A stretch of 64,000 nt of DNA from the IMG/VR virus record IMGVR_UViG_3300034061_003767; one strand, given 5' to 3'. Of the stretch, positions 29,236 through 41,356 are shown piece by piece; within the stretch, counting starts at the first letter, position 1, and every line of letters starts with the position of its first letter. The position numbers and the translations under genes are program-made. The DNA is from an uncultured virus (IMG/VR IMGVR_UViG_3300034061_003767) (lineage: Duplodnaviria; Heunggongvirae; Uroviricota; Caudoviricetes). The notes under the pieces were generated by a model, which saw only the letters and a program-made list of their open reading frames with translations, searched no databases and was not told the DNA's origin.

Positions 29236-29712
29236 ATGCGTAAGAAGTATAGTAGTTATAAAATAGATAATGTTATTTTTCTTATAATTTCTATTACTAT
29301 ACCTATACTATTTTTAAATCCTTTACATGAACAAAATCTACAAAAAGACAAACCGCCACTATTAACCTGTATCTATTGTAAAGGTACTGGGGAAAGAGTT
29401 GAGGATGTAAATAGAATAATATTTTTGGCTAAAACACAACTTTATTTAAATAAACATTTGGCTATTGACAAATGCGAAAAGTGTGTTAAAATCCCTGAAA
29501 CTGGAAGTTATATTTACTGTGATGAGGCTAATAACCAATATTCCGTTTTTCTTAAAGAATATGGTGCTGTTGGGCCGAAAATGGAAAAGACCATTTGCGG
29601 AGAATGTATGGGTGGTGGTCAATTTAAAATCTTGACTAAAAATCCCAAAACAAATCAATGGTATACTCAAAAAGATTATGAAGAAAATGAACGAGCGAAA
29701 ACAAATCAATAA
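29236..29712 (+). CDS. Membrane-anchored protein with DnaJ-type CxxCxGxG Zn motifs
   Basis: TM helix; CIYCKGTG and CGECMGGG. Confidence 0.55.
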   Translation: MRKKYSSYKIDNVIFLIISITIPILFLNPLHEQNLQKDKPPLLTCIYCKGTGERVEDVNRIIFLAKTQLYLNKHLAIDKCEKCVKIPETGSYIYCDEANNQYSVFLKEYGAVGPKMEKTICGECMGGGQFKILTKNPKTNQWYTQKDYEENERAKTNQ

Positions 29713-30375
29713 TCTAACAAAAGAACAAAAGTTTGTTATCTTCTGGCTCTATAATAGAGTAGCCGAAAAGATGCCATCTAATCCTATAAAGGGTGGAGAT
29801 AATGATATTATTCTTGATGGAATTAATGTGACCAATGTTGTAAGAGAACTGCTACAAGATAGGTTGTTCGTATGACTTTCGAAGAATTTTTAAATCGCAT
29901 TGATAAAGTTTATTACGAAAACGAATTTGAACTTCGTTATGGTCAGACTATAATGAATGTGTTATACCAAATCTGGCCGGATCAATACAAAAAGATCACC
30001 GGAACTGATCTTGATTGTTTTTATGATGACGGTACAGCACAATCAACTCTTGAGTATTTAGAGAAGGTGTGGAATGACCAGAACATTTGAAGAATGGTTA
30101 AACGAACTTGAGGGATTTTCTTTGCGTATGGAAAGAGCATACGATGATCTAGTCGTTAACCCTAAAGATGAGGTTGATAACTGGCAAAATATTAAAGCGT
30201 GGCTAAAAGGATCTTTTGATGCCGGATATGAGGCTGGTGAATTTAATAAACTATATCTTATTCAAAGTCTAAAGTCTGAAATACGAACACTAAACAAAGA
30301 GATTGCTGGATTAAGAGAAGAAAGGCGTTCGCTAGTTGACAAAGACTTTCCGCCAGGATATAATGCAAATCTACC

Positions 30376-30492
30376 ATGACAAAACCGCTAACTAAAGAGT
30401 TTCTAATTAGTAGAAAAGTTTGTTGTTCTCATAAATGTTTAAATTGTCCTTATATTCCAAAATGGATTAAAGGCAGCACAAAAATTAAATGA
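30376..30492 (+). CDS. Small Cys-rich protein (DUF5522-like)
   Basis: Read manually: EFLISRKVCCSHKCLNCPY. Confidence 0.55.
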   Translation: MTKPLTKEFLISRKVCCSHKCLNCPYIPKWIKGSTKIK

Positions 30493-30568
30493 TCTATGAA
30501 ATTGTGATATATTTTATTTGTTGCGAATTAATCATATCATTAGCAGAATATTGGATTAAAAGTTCCAG

Positions 30569-31252
30569 ATGAATGAAATAGTTATTATTAGCGATATTCA
30601 TTTAGGAAGCGATGTTTGTCAAGTTGATCGACTATATAAATTTCTTGACAAGATACAAACACAAACCCTAATCATTAATGGAGACTTATTTGACAGTTGG
30701 GATTTTAGACGATTACGCAAGGATCATTGGAAAATATTAAAGAAACTTAGGCAACTGTCCGATAAGATAAAAGTAGTTTGGATTAGTGGAAATCACGATG
30801 GGCCAGCAGAAATGGTGAGTCATCTTATTGGTGTGGATTTTGTTAATGAATACTTAGTAGAAAGTGGACACAAAAAAATGCTGGTTTTACATGGGGATAT
30901 TTTTGATAACTTTATTTCCAAATATCCTATGTTTACAAAGTTTGCCGATAAGATTTATAGATTAATTCAAAGATATGATAGATTTCACAACAATCAATAT
31001 TACTATTCTAATTTAGCAAAAAGAAATAGCAAAACTTTTTTAAGATGCTCAGAACAAATAGCAGATCGTGCATTACAATATTGCAAAGATAAAAATTGCG
31101 ATTTTGTTATCTGTGGTCATACTCATGCCGTATTGACAAAAGCATCTGGCATGGTAGAATACTATAACTGCGGCTGTTGGACAGAAAGCGTTTGTTCTTT
31201 TATCACTATTAATTCTGGAAATGTGGAGACAAAATATGAAAGACCGATTTAA
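30569..31252 (+). CDS. Calcineurin-like metallophosphoesterase (LpxH-like)
   Basis: SDIHLG, GDLFD, GNHD, HGD, GHTH motifs. Confidence 0.9.
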   Translation: MNEIVIISDIHLGSDVCQVDRLYKFLDKIQTQTLIINGDLFDSWDFRRLRKDHWKILKKLRQLSDKIKVVWISGNHDGPAEMVSHLIGVDFVNEYLVESGHKKMLVLHGDIFDNFISKYPMFTKFADKIYRLIQRYDRFHNNQYYYSNLAKRNSKTFLRCSEQIADRALQYCKDKNCDFVICGHTHAVLTKASGMVEYYNCGCWTESVCSFITINSGNVETKYERPI

Positions 31253-34200
31253 CCTTGAAAATGAAATATCAATTCTTCATACTTTTGCTGATAATCTTGG
31301 TACTTTGAGTGAAGGTATTCTTGAACATGGTTTGACCACAGATGAAACTGTAAATGCTATTGAGGGGCTACGAGTGATGCTGTCGCTCCAAGCAAATAAG
31401 TTGATGGATACTATGACCCAATGTTTTAAACTGGATCAATATAGAGATTGCGACTATACCGACCAAGACGCTAAAATGGATACTTATTCGTGAACACAGA
31501 AATTTATCGACAAATCTCAAGTTTTTTAGATAGTGTTGGATCATACATTTACATGGAGTATGGTTCGGACTATCATAATGAATTTACCAAAGACAAAAAT
31601 CTACAACGTATGTATGATTTTGTGGGAAGTTATTATCTTGGTGGCAATAATGTTCCAGATACAGCACGATATGTTGTGGAACTTTTAAATATGATGCGTG
31701 ATGGACGAGCATAAACAAGAAGATATTCCTATTTATGGATTAGAAATCAATGATGGGGTTAACGCCCCGTTTGCTGATTTATACTTAGATCTTTTTCCAG
31801 AACTTTATGATGTAGAATGAAATCATTAGCAACATATTATAAAGATAAAAATAACTTTGATGGTGTTGTTATGATAAGATTGGTACACGATGGAGTGTAC
31901 GAAGATTATTCAAAGTGGGTATCGGACAATAGTTATTTATTCTTGTTTGATAATTTTATGAAAATAGGTCATATTTTACTATTCACCGATCCTGTTAAAG
32001 AAATAGATGATACTCATATAACGATTAATCTAGATAAACCTAACTTATGTTTAGGTTTAGAACTATTTTATGGAGGAGCAACACCGTGAATAGCGTAGAA
32101 CAATTAATTCAGATGTTGCATAGCGTCACAGAATACGATATTATAGACTGTGGGTATGATGAACAAGGCCACAAATGTTATGCTATTCGCAATCTTTCAA
32201 CTAAACCATCCACGCTTTTGCTTGGAAATTTAGAAACAACAAATTTTCCACAGTGGTGTGGTAAAAATAAACAATAGGAAAACAATATGAAAAATTTAGT
32301 AAAATGTTTTATAGTGATAATGCTTATGAGCGTTGGGTCAAGTCTATATGCTCAAAATTGGATACCATACCAAGAAACTATTCAACCTGTGGTACAAACT
32401 CAAGTTGTGTATGTTGCTGAACCTCAACCAGTAGTTGTTTATCAGTGGGTTCCTTATGTTGTTCAGCAAAATGTTATTGTGGAACAACAAAGAATTTTTT
32501 GTAGAACTCAAACAGTAGTGACCAGACCTTTTACTCAGTGGATTCTTCAACCAGTAGTAATTTACCGATGAAACCAAATTTAGAATACGACTTATTTAAA
32601 AATGATACCATAGTAGAAAAATGTAAACACAGCATGGTTTATAGCCAAAATCTCTATGCTGCTATGTGTAACAATAGTTTTTATTATGATGATGAAAAAT
32701 GGAGTACGTCTTGGCGTGGTGCTGGTAGTATTGTATCAGACATAAGAGATGCTGGAGAAACTTACCTAGACTGGTATTGTTCTGGAATGTATACCCAAGA
32801 AGGTTATGTTGCAGAGAGCGTTGTTACTGATGAAATACGTCTTGATTTAATGAAATTAGGATGGGTTGTTAGACCATATGAGCCAAAATTAGAGCCTGGG
32901 GTTTATACTAATGTATGGTGATATATGCCAAAAGTAACATTTGAATTTAATTTACCAGAAGATCAAACAGAATATGAAGTAGCGTCCCAAGCAAATCAGA
33001 TGCAAAGTTTTTTGTGGGATTATTCTCAACAATTAAGAGCATGGTATAATTTTCACACATTTAAAGATGCTAATGATGCTGTGGACAAGATACGAAAAGA
33101 ATTTTATAGATTACTGAACGATAATCAGGTTAATATAGACTTATGAGATTATTAAAAAGTAGAATAGACTATTGGAGCAATTCTAGACTCGCCAACTGGG
33201 TAAGGGGCGAGAATAAACCATACGCTCTTGAATGGCATAAATGGGATGAGTGGAAAAAAGAGCAAAAAAAGAAAAGACCATTCAGATATTGGTTAAGCGA
33301 TACTGTTCTAAAGAAAATGCAAGATATTATTTATCTTCCACTCGATATTTATCGCACAATCAAAGTTTATGTTCGTAATAGATTTTTCGATAAACTTCAC
33401 TATCTTAATACGGGCTTAAAAAAAGGAGAATATTACGACTTAGACTATAGAATGATCCACGCTCTATTCAATGAGTTGGTAGATTTTGTAGAATTGGAAT
33501 TATCTCACCTTAGTAGATACGACAAGAATAAAAAATACAAGTTTGTCAAAGGTCGCTGCCAAGAAGCACAAGATGATTATTTTAGATGGGCGAATCACCT
33601 AAAGCAACAGGGTCGATTAACAGAGCAGGCTAAAGCAAGTCGTAAGATTAAAGAACTGTACGAATGGTGGAAATATATTAGACCAAAAAGAGTTGATCCT
33701 TACTCTTCTAGTTCTTTCTCTTATGATATAGATGAAATCTTAGATAATAAAAACATAAAACAAAAACAAAAATCCTACAAGAAGGCGTATGATTTACAAG
33801 AAAAGTATGATAATGAAGATACTGAGATGCTAATAGAACTTATTAAAATCAGAAATCATCTATGGACATAATGTGTTAAAACTAAAAAAACAACCCTATA
33901 ACAGCGTTTGGATTAGTGCAGACTCTCAAAAAGAATTGGGAGAAACATTTATTCGTTTTCAAGAATATTATGAAAGCCCCAATTTAGACTTCAAAAGTAG
34001 GGTCTTCACACTAGGCTCTGTTAAAGAATATTATAGTAAAGAATACGGCGCTGATATATACAGTGAAACATGGATAGGATTTAACTTTCCAAGTGCTGTT
34101 TTATCTCCTTTTAAACAAGGATTATTTGATCCACTAACAGATCAAGAAAAAATCTTATTAGATTTACTAAAGTATAGAAATGATGATTACTATATAATAG

Positions 34201-35382
34201 GAGCGCAAAATAAAAGTACTTTAAGACACGAACTTTCACATGCTATGTATGGATTTTCTAAAAAGTATAAAGAAGAAATAGATCACTTTATCTACGAAAA
34301 TAGACTAAAATTCAAAAAAGTTAAAAAATATATAATAGATAAAGGATATTGTGAACAAGTATTAAATGACGAAATCCAGGCATATGTAACAGATAATGAT
34401 GACGCCTTCATACTAAATAATCTTGATCCAGAACTTATAAGCGGCATCAATAAAATCTATATTAGAAATAAGAAAAAACATGAGATTATCTCCTAATAAT
34501 ATCGACAGCGTTTATTCTGGATCAGTTCTATATAATCTCTGCGGAGACAAATTAACTGTTCAGAACTATAGTTTTAAATATAATAATGGTAAAATAATAT
34601 TCTGCGAAATAGATTGTATAGATAAGGATGGATATACAGAAAAATATAGTTGTGACGAATTATATGATTCTTTTGAGGATCTTTGCGATGAAGAAAAAAG
34701 TTTTGTTAAATGGATAAGAAAAAACCCAGATATTATTTATTTTTATACTGATAAGGTTTTTCAATTTAGAGATTGTTATATCCAGGCTTTTGCTAATGGA
34801 TTTAATCACAAAATAAAATATTCAGCAGAGGAGTCTTTACAAAAATGAGTTGGGACGGTAAATTCAAATACGAGCCTATGAGTCCAGATAAAGTAAAACT
34901 TATTATGGAAGCATATAAAAATGAACAAGTATACGACTACATTATGGAATTATATGAGCTGGTTAATTATCAAAAAGATATAATCAATCAACAAAGAGTG
35001 CAAATTATTGCATTGAAACATAAAGAGGCGTGGAAACATTACGATAGACCACTCGACCAATATAATACAGAGCAAAGAAAATATGTTGACAGGCCGGACA
35101 AATCTGGTAATATGAGTTGCTAGGAGAAAACTAATGCTGTGGACTGAGGTACGTTCTTGGGCTAAAAAATTTGGTTATGAAACAATTAAGGACAAAGAAG
35201 ATAATCAATATTATTGGGCAAAATTAGATTCTGATGATCCTAATGCTAGTGGCGTTGCTAAAAGTGTTAGCAAACTCGCTAGAGCAATTTATAATCACTT
35301 AACAGAAAATAAATGGGTTGAACATCAAGAAGAATATAAAGAAAAACTAGAAACCAAAAAAGCGACTATCAGTGACTACTAA
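31236..35382 (+). other. Run of hypothetical CDSs (e.g. 32287-32571 with signal peptide, 32568-32921, 33143-33871, 33873-34496 with HELSH motif, 34480-34848, 34845-35123, 35134-35382)
   Basis: ORF track; coupled starts and stops. Confidence 0.7.
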
Positions 35383-35519
35383 TAAAAAGAAAAAATTCGC
35401 CTACACCTGTGTGGTTGTACCAGTTGCGGTCGCTAATGGTATGATTGGTGGAATCACCAGTGTAATTACAGCATATTTTTTTAAGCCGTTATGGGACAAA
35501 ACAATGAAATGGTGGAACA

Positions 35520-36173
35520 ATGAACGTAAAACTAATTAGTGTTACTCCAGATGCAGAAAAGCAAATCGCTTATTGTGCTAGAGTATCAAATCCGAAAAAC
35601 CAAGACGGCGATAATATATCGAAACTTTTAAAGTATTGTATAGACCATAAACATTGGTCTATCTTTGAAATGGCTAGTCTTAATCTGGAGATCAATACGA
35701 CTAGAGGATTGGCAGCACAAATTTTACGACATAGAAGTTTTAATTTTCAAGAGTTTAGCCAAAGATATGCTGACACAACATTATTGTCAGAAGAAATTCC
35801 TTTATTTGAACTTCGTCGTCAAGATAATAAAAATAGACAAAATAGTATTGATGATGTTGATCAAGAAATTATTTATAGATGGAATAGTAAATTACGAGAA
35901 CATTTTGCTAAGGCCAAAGCAATTTATGATGGAATGATTAAGGATGGAATAGCAAAGGAATGTGCTAGATTTGTTTTACCATTGGCAACTCCTACAAGAC
36001 TATATATGAATGGTACTCTTAGATCATGGATTACATATATAGCACTTAGAGAAAAGAATGGAACCCAAAAAGAGCATATGACTATAGCAAAAGAATGTAA
36101 AAGAATTTTTTGTGAACAGTTTCCAATAATTAGTGAAGCATTGGGAGGATTCGACAACGAATGGATTCTATGA
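35520..36173 (+). CDS. thyX: Flavin-dependent thymidylate synthase
   Basis: HWSIFE, RHRSFNFQEFSQRY, KECARFVLP, TQKEH. Confidence 0.95.
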   Translation: MNVKLISVTPDAEKQIAYCARVSNPKNQDGDNISKLLKYCIDHKHWSIFEMASLNLEINTTRGLAAQILRHRSFNFQEFSQRYADTTLLSEEIPLFELRRQDNKNRQNSIDDVDQEIIYRWNSKLREHFAKAKAIYDGMIKDGIAKECARFVLPLATPTRLYMNGTLRSWITYIALREKNGTQKEHMTIAKECKRIFCEQFPIISEALGGFDNEWIL

Positions 36174-36409
36174 AAGAATTTAATGTAACAGCACAAGTTT
36201 ATAAACTTTATGATCCACATAAACAAAACTTATTAATAAACCATATATTTGTTGCAAACTCCTCAGAGGATGCTATAGAACAATTTAAAAACCTATATTG
36301 GGGAAGCATAGAATTTCATGTGGTAAAAATTCATAGTGCTGAGGAAATTCCTCAAAATGCTGCTTGACTCTGGCCGATATTGTGGTATGCTTGTAACTAA
36401 GGAGATTCT

Positions 36410-37327
36410 ATGAATAGGCCGGGGCTTTGTTGTATTTCATTAACGCTCAAAGAACAAGGTTATAGTTTCCAGACTATGACCTATAAGCGTTTTTCTAGTT
36501 TGCCTAGAGAAGAAGCGTTAGAAATTCTTGGTAGTAGGATTCAAAACAATCTTATGGTTACTGATAAAACGATTGAGTTTTGTGCAGAAAATAATTATGT
36601 TTATCGTGTTAGTAGTGATATTTTTCCGCTAATTACCTATGATGAAGCAAAAGTTTCTCTAGAAGACTTACCTAACTATGATGCTATACAAAATGAGTTT
36701 AAGAATATTTCACAAACTATTTCCCGTACTAGGGTTCGTGTCTCTGCTCATCCTAGTGAATTTAATGTGCTGGCATCAACAAACGAAAAAGCGGTCGATA
36801 AAACAATCAAGGAACTTAATTTCTACAGTGGTTTCTTCGACCGAATCGGCCTTGAAGCAAATTATAATAACCCGATGAATTTACACGTTCATAATAAAAA
36901 TGGAACACACTCTGAAATCATTGATCGTTTTATTCAAAATTTTAATCGTCTTGATCCTAATTGCAGAAACAGATTGGTTATTGAGAATGATGACAAGGTT
37001 AATTGCTGGAGTGTGAGAGAACTTATTACTCATTTTCATCCCAAAACAAATATCCCTATAACCTTCGACTATTTGCACCACAAATGTAATCCAGACATAT
37101 TGGACGAAGAAACCGCAATAAAGGCTTGTCACGATACATGGCATGGATATAAGCCTCTTTTTCATTATTCAGAATCAGCAGTAGGAAATAATCCTCGTAA
37201 ACACGCAGATTATCCTGAAAATACTTTTGATAATTATGGGTTAGAATTTGATGTTGACTATGAACTAAAAGCAAAAGACTATGCTATAGAACATCATTTA
37301 GAAATTTGTAAAGGAGTAACTGTATGA
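36410..37327 (+). CDS. uvsE: UV DNA damage endonuclease
   Basis: YRVSSDIFP, HPSEFNVLAS, LVIENDDK, FDYLHH, HYSES, HADY, ELKAKD. Confidence 0.93.
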   Translation: MNRPGLCCISLTLKEQGYSFQTMTYKRFSSLPREEALEILGSRIQNNLMVTDKTIEFCAENNYVYRVSSDIFPLITYDEAKVSLEDLPNYDAIQNEFKNISQTISRTRVRVSAHPSEFNVLASTNEKAVDKTIKELNFYSGFFDRIGLEANYNNPMNLHVHNKNGTHSEIIDRFIQNFNRLDPNCRNRLVIENDDKVNCWSVRELITHFHPKTNIPITFDYLHHKCNPDILDEETAIKACHDTWHGYKPLFHYSESAVGNNPRKHADYPENTFDNYGLEFDVDYELKAKDYAIEHHLEICKGVTV

Positions 37328-37601
37328 GTGCTTGGCTTATTGCTTTAACTGGTCTAATATATTTGTATGTAGCAGCAGAGCAGGGCTATAAGGGTAATAT
37401 TGGTATGCTAATTACTTATCTTGGTTATGCTGGTGCTAACATAGGCTTATATATGCTTGCTAGTAAATAAGGAATAGTTTATGATAGAGAAGTTAAATAA
37501 ACCAGAGCCAAAAAAAATAAAGATGCCACCAGTGGTTGACCGAAACAAGGAGTATGATACAATGGAGTTTGAACTAGACTATCCTCCAATCAAGACTAAA
37601 G

Positions 37602-38060
37602 ATGAAGATCATAAGCAAAACAATTCGCAAAGCATATCAGAATTGGAGTCCTTGTAAAGAGATTCGTTGTTGGCATTATGCGGGGTGTTTTGATGGAACA
37701 AAAATGATTTGTTTCACCCAAAACAATCCGATTAAGACTCATGCTGGTGCATACAGAATAGGCGAAGATTTTAATCTTCCAAAATATAAGGAACACCCTT
37801 TTTATCATGCTGAAAGTCATCTTATTTCTAAACTGCTTGATCGCTATAATACCATTGATCTTAGTTGGTCAGTTGTTGTTATGCGTATTAATAGAAAAGG
37901 ATTAATTCTTGGAAGCAAGCCTTGCGAAAATTGTGATAAACTTTTGAGCAGCGTTGGATTGACTGATATTTATTATAGTACCGACTGTGGGAATTTTAGT
38001 GACAGTTTTGGAAATCTCGTTCAAGTAGACCAGTTGACAGTTCCGATGGTTATGGTATAA
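37602..38060 (+). CDS. Zn-dependent nucleoside/nucleotide deaminase-fold protein
   Basis: HAE...SKPCENC...IYYS signature. Confidence 0.8.
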   Translation: MKIISKTIRKAYQNWSPCKEIRCWHYAGCFDGTKMICFTQNNPIKTHAGAYRIGEDFNLPKYKEHPFYHAESHLISKLLDRYNTIDLSWSVVVMRINRKGLILGSKPCENCDKLLSSVGLTDIYYSTDCGNFSDSFGNLVQVDQLTVPMVMV

Positions 38061-38237
38061 TCTTAGAACAAAATAGGTTGAATATGCTATTGTCTTTAAG
38101 CGATAATGAAACCGATACGTTAAAGTGGGTGTTACATATTGCCAAATTAGAAGCGAACAAAAGTTTTCCTAAATCGGGTTTGTTAACCAATATTGAAAAT
38201 ATTATACTCAAAGTAAAGAAACAAACAGGAGAGTAAT

Positions 38238-38456
38238 ATGAACTGTATTTACTGTCAAGATTGTATGGATTTTGAAAGATATGAATTTCTTGTAGAAACT
38301 GGTCGCAAAATTATTTGTAAAGATTGCAGTGTAGAAAATCGTGCCGTAGGTTTTATGGATTGGGGGCATAAGACTGCTCCTAGTCTTGTTATGGTTCCTT
38401 CAAATGCTACTGAAACTATTCGTAAACTTGATAGAGCAAATAGGAGAGCAAGATGA
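38238..38456 (+). CDS. DksA/TraR-type C4 zinc-finger protein
   Basis: CIYC...ER...ICKDC spacing; AGGAG RBS. Confidence 0.55.
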   Translation: MNCIYCQDCMDFERYEFLVETGRKIICKDCSVENRAVGFMDWGHKTAPSLVMVPSNATETIRKLDRANRRAR

Positions 38457-38928
38457 ATTGGCTTGATTTATATAATTTTCTTCATCAACGAGCCAATGAT
38501 CTAAAAAATCTTGGTAGTTTTAATTGGCAAGCACCTGTCGAGGTTTTCGATAACCAATACGGAGAAACTAGCAAGGCTGATCTAATTGAGTTGTATGATG
38601 ATTTTGGTAATAATCAATTCTATATTAAAATTGATAGTGGAGACAATTAATGGATCTTGAAATCGAAAGTTTGTTTTTTAAGCAAGTAACCAAACCTAAG
38701 CATCATTTTATGACTAAAATAATTAATGTTTGGGAAAATAGATATAGAATTAATGTATACATAGAAATTGAAGAAGATAATTTAACCAAGCGAAAAATTC
38801 ACTCAAGTTATTTTTGTCATTATGTTCCCGGTAAACTCACAATCGTGGATGGTCTAAAGAAAACCGCTTGACAATGCCGATAAGTGTTGTATACTTAGGT
38901 TATCACTACTCACACAGGAGCATGAAAA

Positions 38929-39351
38929 ATGAAGGGTAAGAAAAGTTGTCCCGATTGTGGAACTCTGACCGGGCCTAGAGCATACGTTTGCAAGAATTGC
39001 AACCATATTTTTTCATTCAAAATGAACAACAAAGAGAAGCGAACTCTGAAAGTTGTGAAAGATTTTGACTGGAAACAACTTGAGAAGGGTGACAAAATCA
39101 AGGTTGGTGGAGGCCCATATTTTCTTCATGGTGGAGAATTAATCCCTATGGGATATAGGGGTAAGTTTATTGTAGAAAAGATTGACGCTAAAGGTATTCA
39201 TGCTTGGGGTATTGACAAGAGTGCCGGATTTGCCCACATTTATATGGGGCCAGATTTCCAAAATCCCGAAACCGGAGTCTGGAAAGTTAAGCATAAGATT
39301 CTAAAACTTAAAAGGAAAGATCCTGTAGATTCTCCTAGAGAATTTGTGTGA
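38929..39351 (+). CDS. Zn-ribbon hypothetical protein
   Basis: CPDCG...CKNC; promoter 38868. Confidence 0.7.
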   Translation: MKGKKSCPDCGTLTGPRAYVCKNCNHIFSFKMNNKEKRTLKVVKDFDWKQLEKGDKIKVGGGPYFLHGGELIPMGYRGKFIVEKIDAKGIHAWGIDKSAGFAHIYMGPDFQNPETGVWKVKHKILKLKRKDPVDSPREFV

Positions 39352-39616
39352 TGGATAACCAAGACAAAGTTAATGATCTGCTTGATTGCAGAGAAGAAAT
39401 AGCACAATCTCTAAAAAAAATAGACGCTATATTACAAATTTATTTTCCAGATCAATATTCTGACGCCTATCAGCATTGGATGCCTCAGATATTGACAGCG
39501 TTGTATAACGATGTAAAATGGCTTCCTAGAGGTCAGGTTACTCTACAAGACACAATTGACCGAATACTAGACAAAATTAAAGAAGATAGTGGCACTGGTG
39601 TATCTAAATTTATCAA

Positions 39617-40012
39617 ATGATTGGAAAAACTATGAAACAAGAAGTTTATGCTATTGTTGATCTTAACGGTTATGTTTCTCAAATGAGAGAAGCAGCCGCT
39701 AATAGTATTAGTGAAAATGGTCATTCTGATAATTTAGATTTCTATATTAGCCTTGACCAAATGGTGGGTCTTGTAAAAAATATTTGTCTTGGTTTTGATG
39801 ACAACAACCATCCTTTGTTGAATGAAGAAAGAAATCAACAGATTTTTGAAGAAGCAGCGACTTGGATTCATAATGTTGGACTCGCTAAACTAGCAGCACA
39901 AGATTTAATTGAGTGTGCTTGGGATGATGAACTAAATGAAATGGTTTTTTGGCAGAAGGAGCCTGCAAAAGATGACAAACCCAAACGAAAACGAAAGAGA
40001 AAAAATTCTTGA
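39617..40012 (+). CDS. Hypothetical protein, paralog-like of 52323-52748
   Basis: LAKLAAQDLIECAWDDELNEMVFW versus ISGLVQKGLVETAFDEEANDFVFW. Confidence 0.7.
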   Translation: MIGKTMKQEVYAIVDLNGYVSQMREAAANSISENGHSDNLDFYISLDQMVGLVKNICLGFDDNNHPLLNEERNQQIFEEAATWIHNVGLAKLAAQDLIECAWDDELNEMVFWQKEPAKDDKPKRKRKRKNS

Positions 40013-40155
40013 TAGAATAATCAGGATTAAAGAAGATATTTGGGAAGCAAGAGAATATATAAATTCAGATTTCTGTAAGAAATGTTCAGAAATATATTCT
40101 CAAATACTCAGACTTGAACAAGAATTAGAAGGTCTACAAAGAAAATTGGAAAAAG

Positions 40156-40701
40156 ATGAACGTGCTTGATAGTTTGAAAGAGTTGAGCATTCCAGATATT
40201 GCCAAGTATTGTCACGATAAAAGTATCCCTGCTAGTGTTGCTATGATTAACATTGGTGGCGATTTTAATCTTAGCACAATGGTTCGCAATGCTAATTTTT
40301 TTGGATTTCGTAGTATCCATTATGTGGGTAAAAAGAAGTGGGATAAAAGAGGAAGCGTAGGCACTCATCACTACACTCCAATGTACTATCATAAAACAGA
40401 AGAAGATTTTATCAAATCACATTCATCGAGTGGTCGCACACTAATTGCTATTGAAAATAATATTCCAGAATACAAAGATATGACATTCGATCCTTTTAGT
40501 TTTGACTTCTCTAATGTTGATGAGCCAATTTTTATTTTCGGAGAAGAAAATGCTGGTTTGTCAGAAAAGATTCTTATGGCCTGTAGTTGTGTCTTAACTA
40601 TTCCTACTTATGGAAGCGTTAGGTCTTTAAATGTTGGAACAACTAGTGGTATCATTATGAGTTTTTATCGCCACTATTACGAAAAATTTCTCAAGGGTTG
40701 A
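40156..40701 (+). CDS. SpoU/TrmH-family RNA 2'-O-methyltransferase
   Basis: NLSTMVRNA, FGEENAGLS, IPTYGSVRSLNVG SPOUT motifs. Confidence 0.9.
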   Translation: MNVLDSLKELSIPDIAKYCHDKSIPASVAMINIGGDFNLSTMVRNANFFGFRSIHYVGKKKWDKRGSVGTHHYTPMYYHKTEEDFIKSHSSSGRTLIAIENNIPEYKDMTFDPFSFDFSNVDEPIFIFGEENAGLSEKILMACSCVLTIPTYGSVRSLNVGTTSGIIMSFYRHYYEKFLKG

Positions 40702-40757
40702 CAGGGATTGGTCGATAAGGTATAATACGAGTGTTGGTGGTTGATCTTTCACAATAT

Positions 40758-40830
40758 GGGGCGTTCGTCTAATGGTAAAAGACCGTAGTCTTATTAACTA
40801 CAGAAGGGAGTTCGATTCTCTCACGCCCTA
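40758..40830 (+). tRNA. tRNA with TAT anticodon (Ile-UAU), atypical
   Basis: GGGGCGT/ACGCCCT-A; GTAGT-CT TAT TA-ACTAC; T at position 37; promoter 40698. Confidence 0.8.
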
Positions 40831-40831
40831 T

Positions 40832-41356
40832 TTATTTTTGTACTATTGTAAATTTTCTTGTGCTATTACCTACATTTCTTCCTTTGAAAGTTGGTAGTTG
40901 ACTATCGCAGTTAGGACATACTAGACGAATATTATTAACTTTCCAATTATTTGCTTTACCATCTATGTGATCCACAATTAAAGTTATTGGTTTTCCATTC
41001 CAGTTATCACCAGACTGATTGCAAATCATACAATGATTACCATAAGTTTTAATTAGATAGTTTCTAATACTGCGGTTGTTATTCCAACTAGCATTAAATT
41101 CTCCGCTGATTAGAACTTTATGAATTTTAAAATTATTATGACATTCTCTAGAACAATATTTTCTATTTTTTAGTCGTGCTGGATATTCTTTTTTACAAAA
41201 TTTACAGGTTTTCTTTTGTTGTTTTCTTTTGGGATTAATTCTATTGTTGTATGAAATTCCACAAGATCTAGAACAAAATTTAGGATTATTTGTTTCTTTA
41301 CTACAATTTACACAGTTCATGTTTTCTCCTTGAATCGAACTTGACTTTATATACAC
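40832..41356 (-). CDS. HNH endonuclease (homing-type) with Zn-finger repeats
   Basis: FCSRSC and YCSREC repeats; DHIDG...N...N.RLVCPNC; opposite strand to neighbours. Confidence 0.9.
   Translation of the reverse strand: MYIKSSSIQGENMNCVNCSKETNNPKFCSRSCGISYNNRINPKRKQQKKTCKFCKKEYPARLKNRKYCSRECHNNFKIHKVLISGEFNASWNNNRSIRNYLIKTYGNHCMICNQSGDNWNGKPITLIVDHIDGKANNWKVNNIRLVCPNCDSQLPTFKGRNVGNSTRKFTIVQK

Noticed and set aside
40758..40830. Ochre suppressor (TTA) tRNA or stop-codon recoding
   Set aside because: The 7-nt loop centres on TAT, and conserved genes are intact under the standard code
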